A stretch of 64,000 nt of DNA from an uncultured Pseudobdellovibrionaceae bacterium (GCA_964453895.1 CAYVRZ010000001.1:124170-188169); one strand, 5' to 3'. Shown: positions 46,487 to 56,268, counted from the stretch's first letter. Program-made: numbers and translations. Notes: generated from the letters alone by a model not told the origin.

Positions 46487-47248
46487 ATGCAGCTGACCAC
46501 CATATTTGGACTCGTCATCGGTATCGGGGGGATTGTTCTAGGCAATCTTCTCGAGGGCGGAAGTGTCGGGCCGTTGTTCTTGCTGCCGGCGGCGCTCATC
46601 GTGTTTGGCGGGACCTTAGGCGCGACCATGTTGTCGAATCGGTCTGAAGATTTAAAGCTCGCGTTTGAGTATTTGAAACTTTTGATGGGCTCGAGCGAAA
46701 CTCACGAGCGCAATCTTATCGCTGCCGAAATCATCCAGTCGGCGCAAACCGCGCGGCGCGAGAGCCTGCTCGCTTTAGAAAAAAATCTCCCCAAGATGCG
46801 CGACCCCTTTATGCGCACGGTGTACCGCTTCGCCATTGACGGTGTGGATCCCGAGGTCTTGCGTAAAATTTTTGAAGAAGAGATCACCGTAAATGAGCGG
46901 CGCAAACTTGCGGCGGCTAAGGTCTGGATGGATGCCGGCGGCTTTGCCCCAACCATCGGAATTATCGGCGCCGTGTTGGGTTTGATTAGCGTGATGACGA
47001 ATATCACCGACACTTCGATGCTTGGGCAGGGCATCGGGATCGCCTTTGTCGCAACCATATATGGCGTAGGCTCGGCCAACTTACTGTTTATCCCGATCGC
47101 TAACAAAATGAAGGCGCTGATCCGTTTTCGCTCAGAAACAGATGAAATGATTCTCGAGGGGGCGCTGGCCGTGGTCAGCGGACTCAATCCCTACTTGATC
47201 GAACAAAAAATGCGCTCCTTCACTTTGGACATGACGGCTAGCCCATGA
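46487..47248 (+). CDS. motA: Flagellar motor stator protein MotA
   Basis: Four TM helices; PTIGIIGAVLGLI...GIAFVATIYGV plug/channel region typical of MotA/PomA. Confidence 0.85.
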   Translation: MQLTTIFGLVIGIGGIVLGNLLEGGSVGPLFLLPAALIVFGGTLGATMLSNRSEDLKLAFEYLKLLMGSSETHERNLIAAEIIQSAQTARRESLLALEKNLPKMRDPFMRTVYRFAIDGVDPEVLRKIFEEEITVNERRKLAAAKVWMDAGGFAPTIGIIGAVLGLISVMTNITDTSMLGQGIGIAFVATIYGVGSANLLFIPIANKMKALIRFRSETDEMILEGALAVVSGLNPYLIEQKMRSFTLDMTASP

Positions 47249-47976
47249 GACGCGTTGAAGACGATGAGAAAGACGCGAGCCATGAACGCTGGCTGGTCTC
47301 TTACGCCGACTTCATCACCCTGATGTTCGCCTTTTTTGTGGTTCTATATGCGACATCCGAAAAAGATTTAGCCAAAGTCGAAGAGTTTCGCGACAGCATG
47401 AAAAGGTACCTGGTTAAGGCCGGTGCCTTTGGCGAATCAGGACAGCAGATCAATCAAGGTGATCGGAACACTCAGCTGATCGAGCCGCCGATTCAAACCT
47501 TCCGGCCATCGAAGCCAGAGACGGTCGAGACTTTAGATAAAATCGAAACTTTTGTAGAGGGTTCTTTTACGGCGGCGGAGCGGAAGAAGTACATCGCTGA
47601 TATTTCGGCTGACGAGTGGGGCGTTCGCATATCGATGCCGGCGGCGGAGCTTTACGGCGCGGGGAGCGAGAAGTTTAAACCGGAAGCCGTTAAATTTTTG
47701 GGCAAGCTCAGCGAACTTTTGCCGCAGACCAAGCGTCATGTCTTGATCGAGGGGCATGCTGCGGCCGGAGAGGTTGGCGGGCTGGCGTCACCATGGGATT
47801 TTGCCTCGGCCCGAGCCGTGAACATGTTGCGCTTTGTAATGAAGCGCCAAGGGTTAAAGCCCAGTACCATGGCCGCCGCCTCGTTTGGCGATTCACGCCC
47901 GATTTTTGAAGGCGAGCGCGCACCGATGAACTCACGAGTCGATATTATTCTGCTGAATCAGGATATGGAGCTCTAG
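47245..47976 (+). CDS. motB: Flagellar motor protein MotB (OmpA-like C-terminus)
   Basis: WLVSYADFITLMFAFFVVLYA TM/plug; C-terminal OmpA-like PG-binding domain; overlaps motA by 4 nt. Confidence 0.85.
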   Translation: MRRVEDDEKDASHERWLVSYADFITLMFAFFVVLYATSEKDLAKVEEFRDSMKRYLVKAGAFGESGQQINQGDRNTQLIEPPIQTFRPSKPETVETLDKIETFVEGSFTAAERKKYIADISADEWGVRISMPAAELYGAGSEKFKPEAVKFLGKLSELLPQTKRHVLIEGHAAAGEVGGLASPWDFASARAVNMLRFVMKRQGLKPSTMAAASFGDSRPIFEGERAPMNSRVDIILLNQDMEL

Positions 47977-48000
47977 GGGTCGGGTGTGTTTGCGTGCGGG

Positions 48001-48321
48001 CTACTGGCAAAAAGCCTTTACCGCCGCCCATGACTGCTTTGTATCTCTCAGCGCCATCATGCACAGCCCGCCGCCCTCACTAACGCCCGCACAGAAGTTT
48101 TTTATCGCCGCCCAAGTTTGATTGCTCTTATCTAAGGCCCTCATGCAATAGGCCTGGCCTTCAGTGACCGAACTGCAAAACGCCTTCACATCGGGCCACG
48201 AGGCCGGATTGTTCGCTAAGATTTGCATGCAGAGCCCTTGACCCTTCTCCATGCTTTGAGCGTTGAATGAGAAGACTGAGATAGAAAATGCGGCGGCGAT
48301 GATTGCAATGAGTTTCATTTT
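48001..48321 (-). CDS. Small secreted Cys-rich protein with three ~30-aa internal repeats
   Basis: Signal peptide MKLIAIIAAAFSISVFSFNAQS; repeats GLCMQILANNPASWPDVKAFC / QAYCMRALDKSNQTWAAIKNFC / GLCMMALRDTKQSWAAVKAFC. Confidence 0.5.
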   Translation of the reverse strand, partial: KMKLIAIIAAAFSISVFSFNAQSMEKGQGLCMQILANNPASWPDVKAFCSSVTEGQAYCMRALDKSNQTWAAIKNFCAGVSEGGGLCMMALRDTKQSWAAVKAFCQ

Positions 48322-48627
48322 TCCCCCTGTGTGGTTCATGTATCGTGGGATTTTAGAGCGGGGCAAGTTTAATTTTTGCGGGTTCGGGGCGGGGGCTGCG
48401 AGTGTGGCCGGCATGCGTGGCGATTGCGGGCGTCGGCAATGATTATTGCCGGAGTCATATCTTCTCTGCCTTTTCCTGCTGCTCTTAGTGGAGCCCTCAT
48501 ATCCAACTGCAAAACAACTTTAAAAAGCCCGACACCGTGTTCCCCCAAAACTTGAACGCACTCAGTTTCTTTAACCACCGCCGAATCAAGATTGACGACC
48601 CCAAATTGCTGAGATAAAACCTCCGCG

Positions 48628-49311
48628 ATGAAAAGATCTGGATCACAACTATCTTTCAAATCTGTTAATGGCTGGGGTGGCAAGAGGCGGGGAGCTGGAC
48701 GCCCAAACCTTTCCGGGCGAGTTTCTCATATGAAGCGGGAGAATGTGGTCTTAAAGACGCCAGTTCATCTGACTTTGAAAATCGCCAACAAGAAATGGAA
48801 TTTGCGCTGTGGGGACGTGGCCAAGGCGTTCAAGATCAGCGCCGCCAAAGCTAAGGTTTTCGGGCTGCGAATTCTCCACTATTCTATTCTGCGCGATCAT
48901 CTGCATCTTGTTGTGGAAGTTGTAGACAATGAGAGTCTCACTCGGGGGATGCGAAGCTTTGGTTCGAGTTTTGGAAAGGCGATTCGCTCGCTAGTTGGTG
49001 GGAAGGGCCCGGTGTTTAAGGGTCGATTTCATTTAACAGTGATTTCTTCACCGACACAGATGCGCAATACACTTGCCTATGTTCTGCAGAATTATTCACA
49101 GCACTCCAATTTGTTGGAGCATATTGATGCCTATTCATCGGCGCCCTATTTTGCGGACTGGCGAAGGTTGCTCGGTCGGCGAGTGGGGCCTATAGTCGCT
49201 CGACACAGCATAAAACCCTCGATGCCTCCGCATTTATGTCGGCCAAACTCTTGGCTCGCGAGAGAGGGATGGAAGAGAGCCACCCATGTTACCAGAAGTC
49301 GAGTTTCTTAA
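48628..49311 (+). CDS. HuH (Y1) transposase-like protein, IS200/RAYT superfamily, with Gly/Arg-rich N-terminus
   Basis: HuH motif RDHLHLVVEV and downstream Tyr motif TLAYVLQNYSQH; N-terminal GWGGKRRGAGRP; no flanking inverted repeats seen; 3' end overlaps the HD gene by 26 nt. Confidence 0.5.
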   Translation: MKRSGSQLSFKSVNGWGGKRRGAGRPNLSGRVSHMKRENVVLKTPVHLTLKIANKKWNLRCGDVAKAFKISAAKAKVFGLRILHYSILRDHLHLVVEVVDNESLTRGMRSFGSSFGKAIRSLVGGKGPVFKGRFHLTVISSPTQMRNTLAYVLQNYSQHSNLLEHIDAYSSAPYFADWRRLLGRRVGPIVARHSIKPSMPPHLCRPNSWLAREGWKRATHVTRSRVS

Positions 49312-49858
49312 AGAGTCAGACAAGCTAAAGAGCATTCTTCGGCGGACTTCGATTCATGATCGCAGCCGACGGGAGAATTCGGCAGAGCATTCTTGGCAGC
49401 TCGCTTTAGCTGTTATGACCACCGCACACCTCGCCAACGAACCCTTAAATCTCGAGCGGGCTTTGAAAATGGCCTTGTTGCATGACTTGGTGGAAATTGA
49501 TGCGGGCGATACGTTTGTCTACGACACGGCCGCCAACATCGGAAAATTTGAGCGAGAGTTGCTCGCGGCTGAGAGGATTTTTGGCTTGGTTCCCGAGCGG
49601 GCTGGAGAGTTCAAAGAGATTTGGCTCGCTTTTGAAAATAAGAATTGTCCCGAGTCTCGCTTTGTCTCCTCGCTGGATCGTTTTATGCCGGTTCTTTTGA
49701 ATTATATGAACGACGGCTTCGGCTGGCGCACCCATGATGTGGGCTTTGCTAAAGTTCACAAATTAAACAGCCAAATTGCCGAGGGCTCGAGCAAGCTTTG
49801 GGCGATTGCTGAGAGAATGATTAAAGAGTGCCACGCAAAAGGGTTTATCGGGGACTGA
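49286..49858 (+). CDS. HD-domain 5'-deoxynucleotidase (YfbR-like)
   Basis: ENSAEHSW...LLHDLVEIDAGD match YfbR-type HD hydrolases. Confidence 0.75.
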   Translation: MLPEVEFLKESDKLKSILRRTSIHDRSRRENSAEHSWQLALAVMTTAHLANEPLNLERALKMALLHDLVEIDAGDTFVYDTAANIGKFERELLAAERIFGLVPERAGEFKEIWLAFENKNCPESRFVSSLDRFMPVLLNYMNDGFGWRTHDVGFAKVHKLNSQIAEGSSKLWAIAERMIKECHAKGFIGD

Positions 49859-49874
49859 GATCAGGAGCCGCCCC

Positions 49875-52319
49875 TCACTCAATCCGCAATCCCGTCGGGT
49901 CAACCTCGTTCAGCATACGGCGCGAATCTAGCAAAACCTTGTTCAGCTGAATCCACGCGTTGTCGGGACTTAAATTTAGCAGCGAAGCCATTTTGGCGAA
50001 TGCGGGTTTGGATTTTTCGAACGCCTTTTGTTTGTGGGCGGCGGACAGTTGCATCACTTGCTCGTAAACGCGCAGCAGCCGATAAAACTGCAGAAGTTTA
50101 GCGCCCACGTCGCGCCACTTTCGATCTTTGTCGATCAGCTCATTGAGCATATGCGCGGTCGAGCAACCGTCGGTCGCAATCGCCTTATGCAAAATGGCTG
50201 TCTGGATTGTGAATTCGATATCAAGCAAACCGCCCGGGGCATACTTCACGTCCAGCGAATCGGGTTTTAGCGGCACCAACAGCTTCGCGCGAATCCGCTG
50301 CAGCTCGGCCAAATCCTCGTCGCGCAATGGGCGCTTGAACAAGGCTGATTTATTGAGCTTAACGGACGGACTCAAGGGCCGCGCGCGCAAATAGGCCTGT
50401 CGCTCCCACGGCTCGGCAGTGTCTTCCCAATATTTTTGTAGGTGTTCGAACTGCACCAAAAGCGCGCCCGATTGCCCACTCGGCCTGAGACGCAGATCAA
50501 CTTCGTAAAGATTTCCGCCCTTTTGAGGGTCGGCGAGCCTAGAGATAAAACGCCGCACGACTTTGGCGTCTTCTTCCGTAGGAACGGTGGGCGTAATAAA
50601 TATAAAATCTAGATCGCTGCGCACGCCAAGTTCGGCGCCCGCCCACTTACCCATGGTGATCACCTCAATGGCGGAGCCACGAAATTCTTTTTTCAGCTGA
50701 ATTAAGAGTTGTCGGCAAATTTCGTCGGCCGTGGTGGTCACCCGGGCGCTTAAAGACTCCAGATCGCGATCGGCCAAGAACTGATTGGCCGCCCAAATTT
50801 CAGTCAGCAGCTTTCGGTCATTCATTTGCAACAGGAGGGCATCCATCTCTTCAGCCCAGGGCTCGTCACTTTGCAAAATAAAATGGTCCAGCAGTTCGGG
50901 CCGGGCGGCTAGAATTGAGCCCAAGTATGGCGATAAGCAAAACAGTCGGGCTAAATCTTGAATCAACCGTGGCGAACGCAGCAGCATTGTAAAAAAAGTC
51001 GCCTTGGCGCGCGTGGCGCGCACGAAGTCTTCGAGAATTCCCAGCCCGAGATCTTTCTCCATACCCGTTTGCCGCGCCAATTCTTGCACAAACACGTACA
51101 AAAATTCCTGGCGCGCGCGTTCGTCGCGATCGTTTTTGTGTGATAGCGCGGTGGACTTAATCAATTGTGGCCAGGTGTTCAAAACGGACTCGGGCGAAAA
51201 GCCGAGCGCTTCAAGCCACGCTTTTTGCGCAGCCTCACTGCTCGGCAAGCGCGCCTCCGCGGCAGAGGCATTGCCGAGAAGCCCGGTGACGATTTGATCG
51301 ATACTTTGCATGCGCGGACCGAGGCTTGCATCCAGTCCATCGGGCACCGAATGAGTTTGCCGGTCGTCCACAGCCTGCACCGAGTTCTCCACATGGCGAA
51401 AGTGCCAGTAGTTTTCGAGCAAGGCGCCGGCGTCGTCCACGCTGAGCAATTTGTTCGCTCGCAGCAACTCAATAGCCTCCGTCGTCGACCGAGTTTGCAG
51501 CGCCGGAATTTTGCCGCCGTTGAGAATTAGCAAAGAATGAACAAACAACTCGATATCGCGAATCCCGCCGACTTCGAGTTTGATGTGGGTCTCGGCCGCC
51601 TTGCGCTGAAAGCCGAACTGGTGCACGCGCGCGCGCAACGCCTTAAGGTCGTCGAGCAGCGTGAAGTCGAGAAATTTGCGAAATGAAAAACGGCGGGCCT
51701 GATCTTCGATCGCCTGCACCAGGGCCTGCGGGCCCGAAATGGCGCGCAATCGGACCAGGGCCAATCGCTCCCAAGTCTCGCCCTGGCTCCAGTAGTAGTC
51801 TTGAAACTGCGCGGGTGAAGTGATCACCGGGCCCATCTTGCCGCCGGGTCGAAGATCAAAATCCAGTCGGTAACAAAAACCCATTTCGCCTTGGTGCTGC
51901 AGTTGGGTCTGAAAAACGCGAAGGGCTTTTTCAATAACAAGTGGCTCGGCGCCCTCAGCCACGACCAGCACGTCGATGTCGGAGCTGAGGTTGAGCTCCA
52001 GCGCTCCGTGTTTGCCGAGCGCGAACAACGCAGCCGGCAAGCGGCTCAATCCAGACTCATCCCAAACTTCTCGTAAAATCTGATCGGCCACGTCACTCCA
52101 AAACCGGCAAATATTAGCGCTAGTGGATTTTTTTAAAAAAGTCGCCGCTACACATTCGAGCCAGGCGCGATGTCGCCGATGATGGATGGAGCTTTTTGGC
52201 GTGGACGTGAGAAGCGCTTCGTAGCGAGAAAATGCCGGACTAAATGCGCGGACCTTGTTCAGCTCCGCCTGCGAGTAGGTGTCTATTCCAGGTAGGGAGA
52301 CCACTTGGGTTTGTCCCAA
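49875..52319 (-). CDS. glnE: Glutamine synthetase adenylyltransferase/deadenylyltransferase GlnE
   Basis: Two nucleotidyltransferase motifs (GKHGALELNLSSDIDVLVV and MGKWAGAELGVRSDLDFIFI) in one 814-aa protein. Confidence 0.8.
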   Translation of the reverse strand: MGQTQVVSLPGIDTYSQAELNKVRAFSPAFSRYEALLTSTPKSSIHHRRHRAWLECVAATFLKKSTSANICRFWSDVADQILREVWDESGLSRLPAALFALGKHGALELNLSSDIDVLVVAEGAEPLVIEKALRVFQTQLQHQGEMGFCYRLDFDLRPGGKMGPVITSPAQFQDYYWSQGETWERLALVRLRAISGPQALVQAIEDQARRFSFRKFLDFTLLDDLKALRARVHQFGFQRKAAETHIKLEVGGIRDIELFVHSLLILNGGKIPALQTRSTTEAIELLRANKLLSVDDAGALLENYWHFRHVENSVQAVDDRQTHSVPDGLDASLGPRMQSIDQIVTGLLGNASAAEARLPSSEAAQKAWLEALGFSPESVLNTWPQLIKSTALSHKNDRDERARQEFLYVFVQELARQTGMEKDLGLGILEDFVRATRAKATFFTMLLRSPRLIQDLARLFCLSPYLGSILAARPELLDHFILQSDEPWAEEMDALLLQMNDRKLLTEIWAANQFLADRDLESLSARVTTTADEICRQLLIQLKKEFRGSAIEVITMGKWAGAELGVRSDLDFIFITPTVPTEEDAKVVRRFISRLADPQKGGNLYEVDLRLRPSGQSGALLVQFEHLQKYWEDTAEPWERQAYLRARPLSPSVKLNKSALFKRPLRDEDLAELQRIRAKLLVPLKPDSLDVKYAPGGLLDIEFTIQTAILHKAIATDGCSTAHMLNELIDKDRKWRDVGAKLLQFYRLLRVYEQVMQLSAAHKQKAFEKSKPAFAKMASLLNLSPDNAWIQLNKVLLDSRRMLNEVDPTGLRIE

Positions 52320-53662
52320 TCAAAGTTGTCGTCGGTGATTCGGCGTTCGTTGCTGCCGTCGGGGCTGACGATATAGAGTTGATATTTGCCGGTGCGGTCG
52401 CTCGAAAACATAATGTGCCGACCGTCGGGTGACCAGGTCGGCGCCTCATTGTTTGAGGCCTTGCCGTTGGCTTTTTTCGCATCGGTCATGCGTTTTAGGT
52501 TCGTGCCGTCGGCACTCATCGTGAAAATATCAAAGTGGTCGGCGTCGTGTCCGGCAAAGGCGATGGTTTTACCGTCGGGCGACCACGCCGGCGAGGCATT
52601 GTACTTTCCGGCAAAAGTGATGCGCTTTACGCCGCTGCCGTCGATATTCATCAAGAAAACATGCGGGCGCCCAGCGCGATCCGACGAGAACGCGATCTTG
52701 GTGCCATCCGGAGAGACGGCGGGCTCGACATTCATCGCATGATTTGGGCCGCGTGTGAGTTGCGTGAGAGATTTTCCATCTACGGTCATTTTATAAATAT
52801 CCGGATTCCCTTCTTTAGAAAGGGTCAGCAACAAATGTGTGTCGCCCGGTAGAAAATTGGCGCCGGAGTTCATGCCTTTGCGATAGGACACCAAAAAGCG
52901 CTTGGCCGAAGCGATATCGTAAATAAACAAGTCGGCGTTGCGCACTTTTTCTACTTTGTGCATCGGGAATCCGGTGTAAGCGATTTTGTCGCCTTTGTTG
53001 GACCACGCCGGAGAAATAGCCAGCGACTGATGTGAAGTGATCTTCTGTTGATTGGTGCCGTCCCAATCCATCATATAAATTTCTTTATTGCCGCCCGGCG
53101 CGCGCCCCGAGGCGACGATTTTAGTGAGAAACATACCGCGTTTGCCGGTGAGCGCTTTAATTAAATCGTTGGCGAAGGTGTGCGCCATTCTGCGGGTGGC
53201 GGCAACGGGCCCCTTATAGTTTTTGCCGACAACAAGTTTTGCGGTCGGCACATGGTAGACGTAAGTTTCAAACGACAACTCGCCGCCCACGATTTGATAA
53301 GAGGCGCGCACCAGAAACTCGGTGCCAATTGTTTTCCAATTTTCAAATTTAAAGCCATTGGGGGTTCCGGGCGCGGGCCGCAGGCCCACTTTGCTCGGAT
53401 CTTCGAGGTAAGCTTCGGGTTTAATAAAGGTGAAAAGATTCGATACGCTTAGATCATTGTAGACGACGCGAAAAAGATTTTGTCCGGCCTGAATATGCGC
53501 CGGATTGGCGGACTGGGTTCCGACATAGAGAATCGGTGGCAGAGCCATCAAGCTTTTTTTAACCTGGCCCTGCCCGACGGCGATGTAAAAGTTGTCGTCG
53601 GCGGAGTGAGCGGAACCGAGCCCCAAAAAAGTTATGAACAAAACGACAGATAATAATCTCAT
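52283..53662 (-). CDS. tolB: Tol-Pal system beta-propeller protein TolB
   Basis: Signal peptide; N-terminal TolB domain; C-terminal repeated SPDG..IAF..... WD40-like blades. Confidence 0.85.
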   Translation of the reverse strand: MRLLSVVLFITFLGLGSAHSADDNFYIAVGQGQVKKSLMALPPILYVGTQSANPAHIQAGQNLFRVVYNDLSVSNLFTFIKPEAYLEDPSKVGLRPAPGTPNGFKFENWKTIGTEFLVRASYQIVGGELSFETYVYHVPTAKLVVGKNYKGPVAATRRMAHTFANDLIKALTGKRGMFLTKIVASGRAPGGNKEIYMMDWDGTNQQKITSHQSLAISPAWSNKGDKIAYTGFPMHKVEKVRNADLFIYDIASAKRFLVSYRKGMNSGANFLPGDTHLLLTLSKEGNPDIYKMTVDGKSLTQLTRGPNHAMNVEPAVSPDGTKIAFSSDRAGRPHVFLMNIDGSGVKRITFAGKYNASPAWSPDGKTIAFAGHDADHFDIFTMSADGTNLKRMTDAKKANGKASNNEAPTWSPDGRHIMFSSDRTGKYQLYIVSPDGSNERRITDDNFDWDKPKWSPYLE

Positions 53663-53677
53663 TGCGCGCTCCTTAAC

Positions 53678-54436
53678 CTATTTAGGAAATTTAACAGTTA
53701 TCCCGGTTGTGGCAAGTCTTCCCCGCAAACGGTCTGGGGGCGGGGGAACCGGCGAGGCCTTCTCAATCGTCCCCATAACAATCGTGTCAAAAACGCTGTG
53801 ACCGCTGGACCTTCGCATTTGCTTTCGCGTGACGTAGCCGCGTTCGTCGATATTGATCTGCACTTCAGCGCTGAGATTGGCGTCGGCCAACCACTGCGGG
53901 ATTTCGAAATTGGCGTTGACCTTGCGTTGCAACTCATCCAGATAGCGATCAAACTCAACCCGGTCGAGGCCGGTCAGCGAATTGCCCTCGCTCGTTTGGT
54001 TGCCCGCGATAACCGCCGACTTGGCTTGTTTCACTTTCTCCTTGGCCTTTTCATTTTCGAGCTGCTCGCGGATCCGATCCATAGCACTTGCGGCTTTGAT
54101 TTTATTGAGCGCTTCGCTTTGCGCTTTGGCTTTGTCTATCTTCTTGGCTTTTGGTCCCGGCACTACGGGCGCGGTTGTTTTGGTGGGAGTCGCGGCTTCT
54201 TTGGGCGGAAGTTTCGGTTTTGGCTTCGGCGGCTCTGGAGTTTCTTGAGCCTTGGGTAAAGGCGCGAGCTCCGGATTTTTTTGCGGCAAACCGACGACGT
54301 CGACGCGAATCGCCTGTGGCAGCATCACTTCTGCAGGGCCGATGACGTAGGTTGTGACGGTGAAGAAGAACAACACCGCCACATGCCCGGCCGCAGACAG
54401 CATCAGCATTCTTTGCAGGCTGTAATCGGCCGTCAT
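53678..54436 (-). CDS. tolA: TolA-like protein (TonB C-terminal domain)
   Basis: N-terminal TM; Pro/Lys/Ala-rich linker (PEPPKPKPKLPPKEAATP); C-terminal TonB/TolA domain; sits between tolR and tolB. Confidence 0.75.
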   Translation of the reverse strand: MTADYSLQRMLMLSAAGHVAVLFFFTVTTYVIGPAEVMLPQAIRVDVVGLPQKNPELAPLPKAQETPEPPKPKPKLPPKEAATPTKTTAPVVPGPKAKKIDKAKAQSEALNKIKAASAMDRIREQLENEKAKEKVKQAKSAVIAGNQTSEGNSLTGLDRVEFDRYLDELQRKVNANFEIPQWLADANLSAEVQINIDERGYVTRKQMRRSSGHSVFDTIVMGTIEKASPVPPPPDRLRGRLATTGITVKFPK

Positions 54437-54855
54437 TTTCCTCCGGATTTAGGCAGCGTAATCATTCCGATCTGATAAATGCCGGCGGCGCGAATCTCAC
54501 CCATGGCTTCGGCCACGGTGCCGTAATCCACTTGCCGGTCGGCTTGGATATAAATTTGTTTGTCTTTGCGAGTGGAGAATATGGCTTTCAGTTTGCTGCC
54601 GAGTGAATCCATCCCGATGCGGGCCTCGCCGGCGAACAGGGTGCCGTCTTTTTTGATCACCAAAATAAACGGCTCATCGCTGGTCGGAACGCCGCTGTTG
54701 GCCGTCTCTGGCAGTTGCACCTCGAGGCCTTGCTGCATCATCGGCGCGGTGACCATAAATATAATCAAAAGCACAAGCATCACGTCGACCAAAGGGGTAA
54801 CGTTGATCTCGCTCAACACCATGCGGGTTCCGCTCTTTGAGACGGACGCGGCCAC
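54433..54855 (-). CDS. tolR: TolR (ExbD/TolR family)
   Basis: EINVTPLVDVMLVLLIIFMV signature. Confidence 0.85.
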   Translation of the reverse strand: MAASVSKSGTRMVLSEINVTPLVDVMLVLLIIFMVTAPMMQQGLEVQLPETANSGVPTSDEPFILVIKKDGTLFAGEARIGMDSLGSKLKAIFSTRKDKQIYIQADRQVDYGTVAEAMGEIRAAGIYQIGMITLPKSGGK

Positions 54856-54856
54856 G

Positions 54857-55597
54857 TTATTGTCCTTTGAAGAAGTTTCGTTTCGCCAAATTCAAAAAGT
54901 CAGATGCGAAATTGTTCAGCGCCAGTTCCTGCTTGCGGATTCGAGTAACAAAGGCGTTGTAGGCGATGGTCGCCGGAATGGCGGCGGCAAGGCCGACTCC
55001 CGTGGCGATTAAGGCCTCGGCGATTCCGGGCGCGACGACGGCGAGGCTGGCTGATCCGGTTTGGCCGATTTTTTGAAATGAACTCATAATGCCCCAAACC
55101 GTTCCGAACAAACCGACAAAGGGTCCGACGCTTCCGGTGGTGGCGAGAAATATCAATCGAGATTCTAAACGCGAGACCTCGAGGTCGATCGCTTTGCGCA
55201 AAGAGCGCTGAAGATTGTCGAGGCCCGAGAGAACCGGAGCTTCCGAATTCTCTTGCGAAGAGGCGAGGAGAGAAGATTCGGCGATTTTTTTCAGTTCCAA
55301 ATAGCCGAGTTGAAAGACGGCGGCGAGATTGCTCTCGGGATAATCTTTAAGGTTGTCGTGAACTTCTTCGAGTGAGGCCGCCTTCCAGAATTTCTCCTCA
55401 AAGGGAATATTGCCCAATTCGACATCGCGAAACTGTTTGCGTTTCTGCACCATAATGGCCCACGAGATCACCGACATTCCGACGAGTGTGAGTAAGGTGA
55501 GTTGCACGACCAGGCTGGCGGACGCGATGGCGTGCCAGGCTCCTAGATCGGCGGCGACTTTGACTGTGTCTGATGCGGCCCAAGCTGTTGAAAACAT
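54857..55597 (-). CDS. tolQ: TolQ (MotA/TolQ/ExbB family)
   Basis: 3-TM topology; GLFGTVWGIM...ALIATGVGLAAAIPA channel motif. Confidence 0.85.
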   Translation of the reverse strand: MFSTAWAASDTVKVAADLGAWHAIASASLVVQLTLLTLVGMSVISWAIMVQKRKQFRDVELGNIPFEEKFWKAASLEEVHDNLKDYPESNLAAVFQLGYLELKKIAESSLLASSQENSEAPVLSGLDNLQRSLRKAIDLEVSRLESRLIFLATTGSVGPFVGLFGTVWGIMSSFQKIGQTGSASLAVVAPGIAEALIATGVGLAAAIPATIAYNAFVTRIRKQELALNNFASDFLNLAKRNFFKGQ

Positions 55598-55614
55598 AAT
55601 AAAAAATCGTAAGG

Positions 55615-56268
55615 CTAAAGGCTTGCGTTAGGCAACAAGATTACACGCTTCTTTCGCCGCTCGAGCTCTCGGGCCTCGCGCGTGCTGAGTCGCGTATTGT
55701 TGTCTTCGGGGACCTGCAGAACAAAATCGGGCCAAAAATCCAGCATGGTTTCGATCCATAAACTCGAGAACAGATGCAGGCGCACGAGCGAGGCAGCGTC
55801 AGCCGCATAGAGCCATTGTGGCGATTTTTTGCGCAAATAACGCGCGACTCTCTGCGAGCCGCTATAAATGGCGAAACTTTTATTTTCATCCAAAGGCGTA
55901 AGAAGCGCCATCAGCTCGTCCAAGGGCGGCGTATCCACCGAGTCGACTTCGATCAGCCAATTTTTCTGGGGTGAGTTGGCGATTCGGTCAGAGATCGAGA
56001 CCGCCGGGTCGCAGCCCAGAGTCCAAGCTCGCTGATGGTAAAAAATCTTTAACCAGGTGATGCCTTCGGTATTAAGGGGTTTGGCGAGGTCACAGATTAA
56101 TTCGGGGGATGCCTTTTGAAAGGACCACGTGTCCATCGCATACCAGGGGTGAGCCGGAGGCGAAAAGGTTTGCCGTAGGCCTGCCCAACGCACAAAGACC
56201 ACCGCCACCACGGCGAAAATCAACGTGCCTGCTGTTATGGCGATTAGCCGGAAGATTGCGTTGAGCAA
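55615..56268 (-). CDS. Hypothetical membrane-anchored protein
   Basis: N-terminal TM (LIAITAGTLIFAVVAVVFV); no motif. Confidence 0.4.
   Translation of the reverse strand: MLNAIFRLIAITAGTLIFAVVAVVFVRWAGLRQTFSPPAHPWYAMDTWSFQKASPELICDLAKPLNTEGITWLKIFYHQRAWTLGCDPAVSISDRIANSPQKNWLIEVDSVDTPPLDELMALLTPLDENKSFAIYSGSQRVARYLRKKSPQWLYAADAASLVRLHLFSSLWIETMLDFWPDFVLQVPEDNNTRLSTREARELERRKKRVILLPNASL

Noticed and set aside
47398-47416. Copy of aaaggtacctggt inside motB
   Set aside because: It encodes KRYLVKAG in frame and lacks the rest of the REP architecture. Probably chance or a weak relic, so it is not called as a feature.
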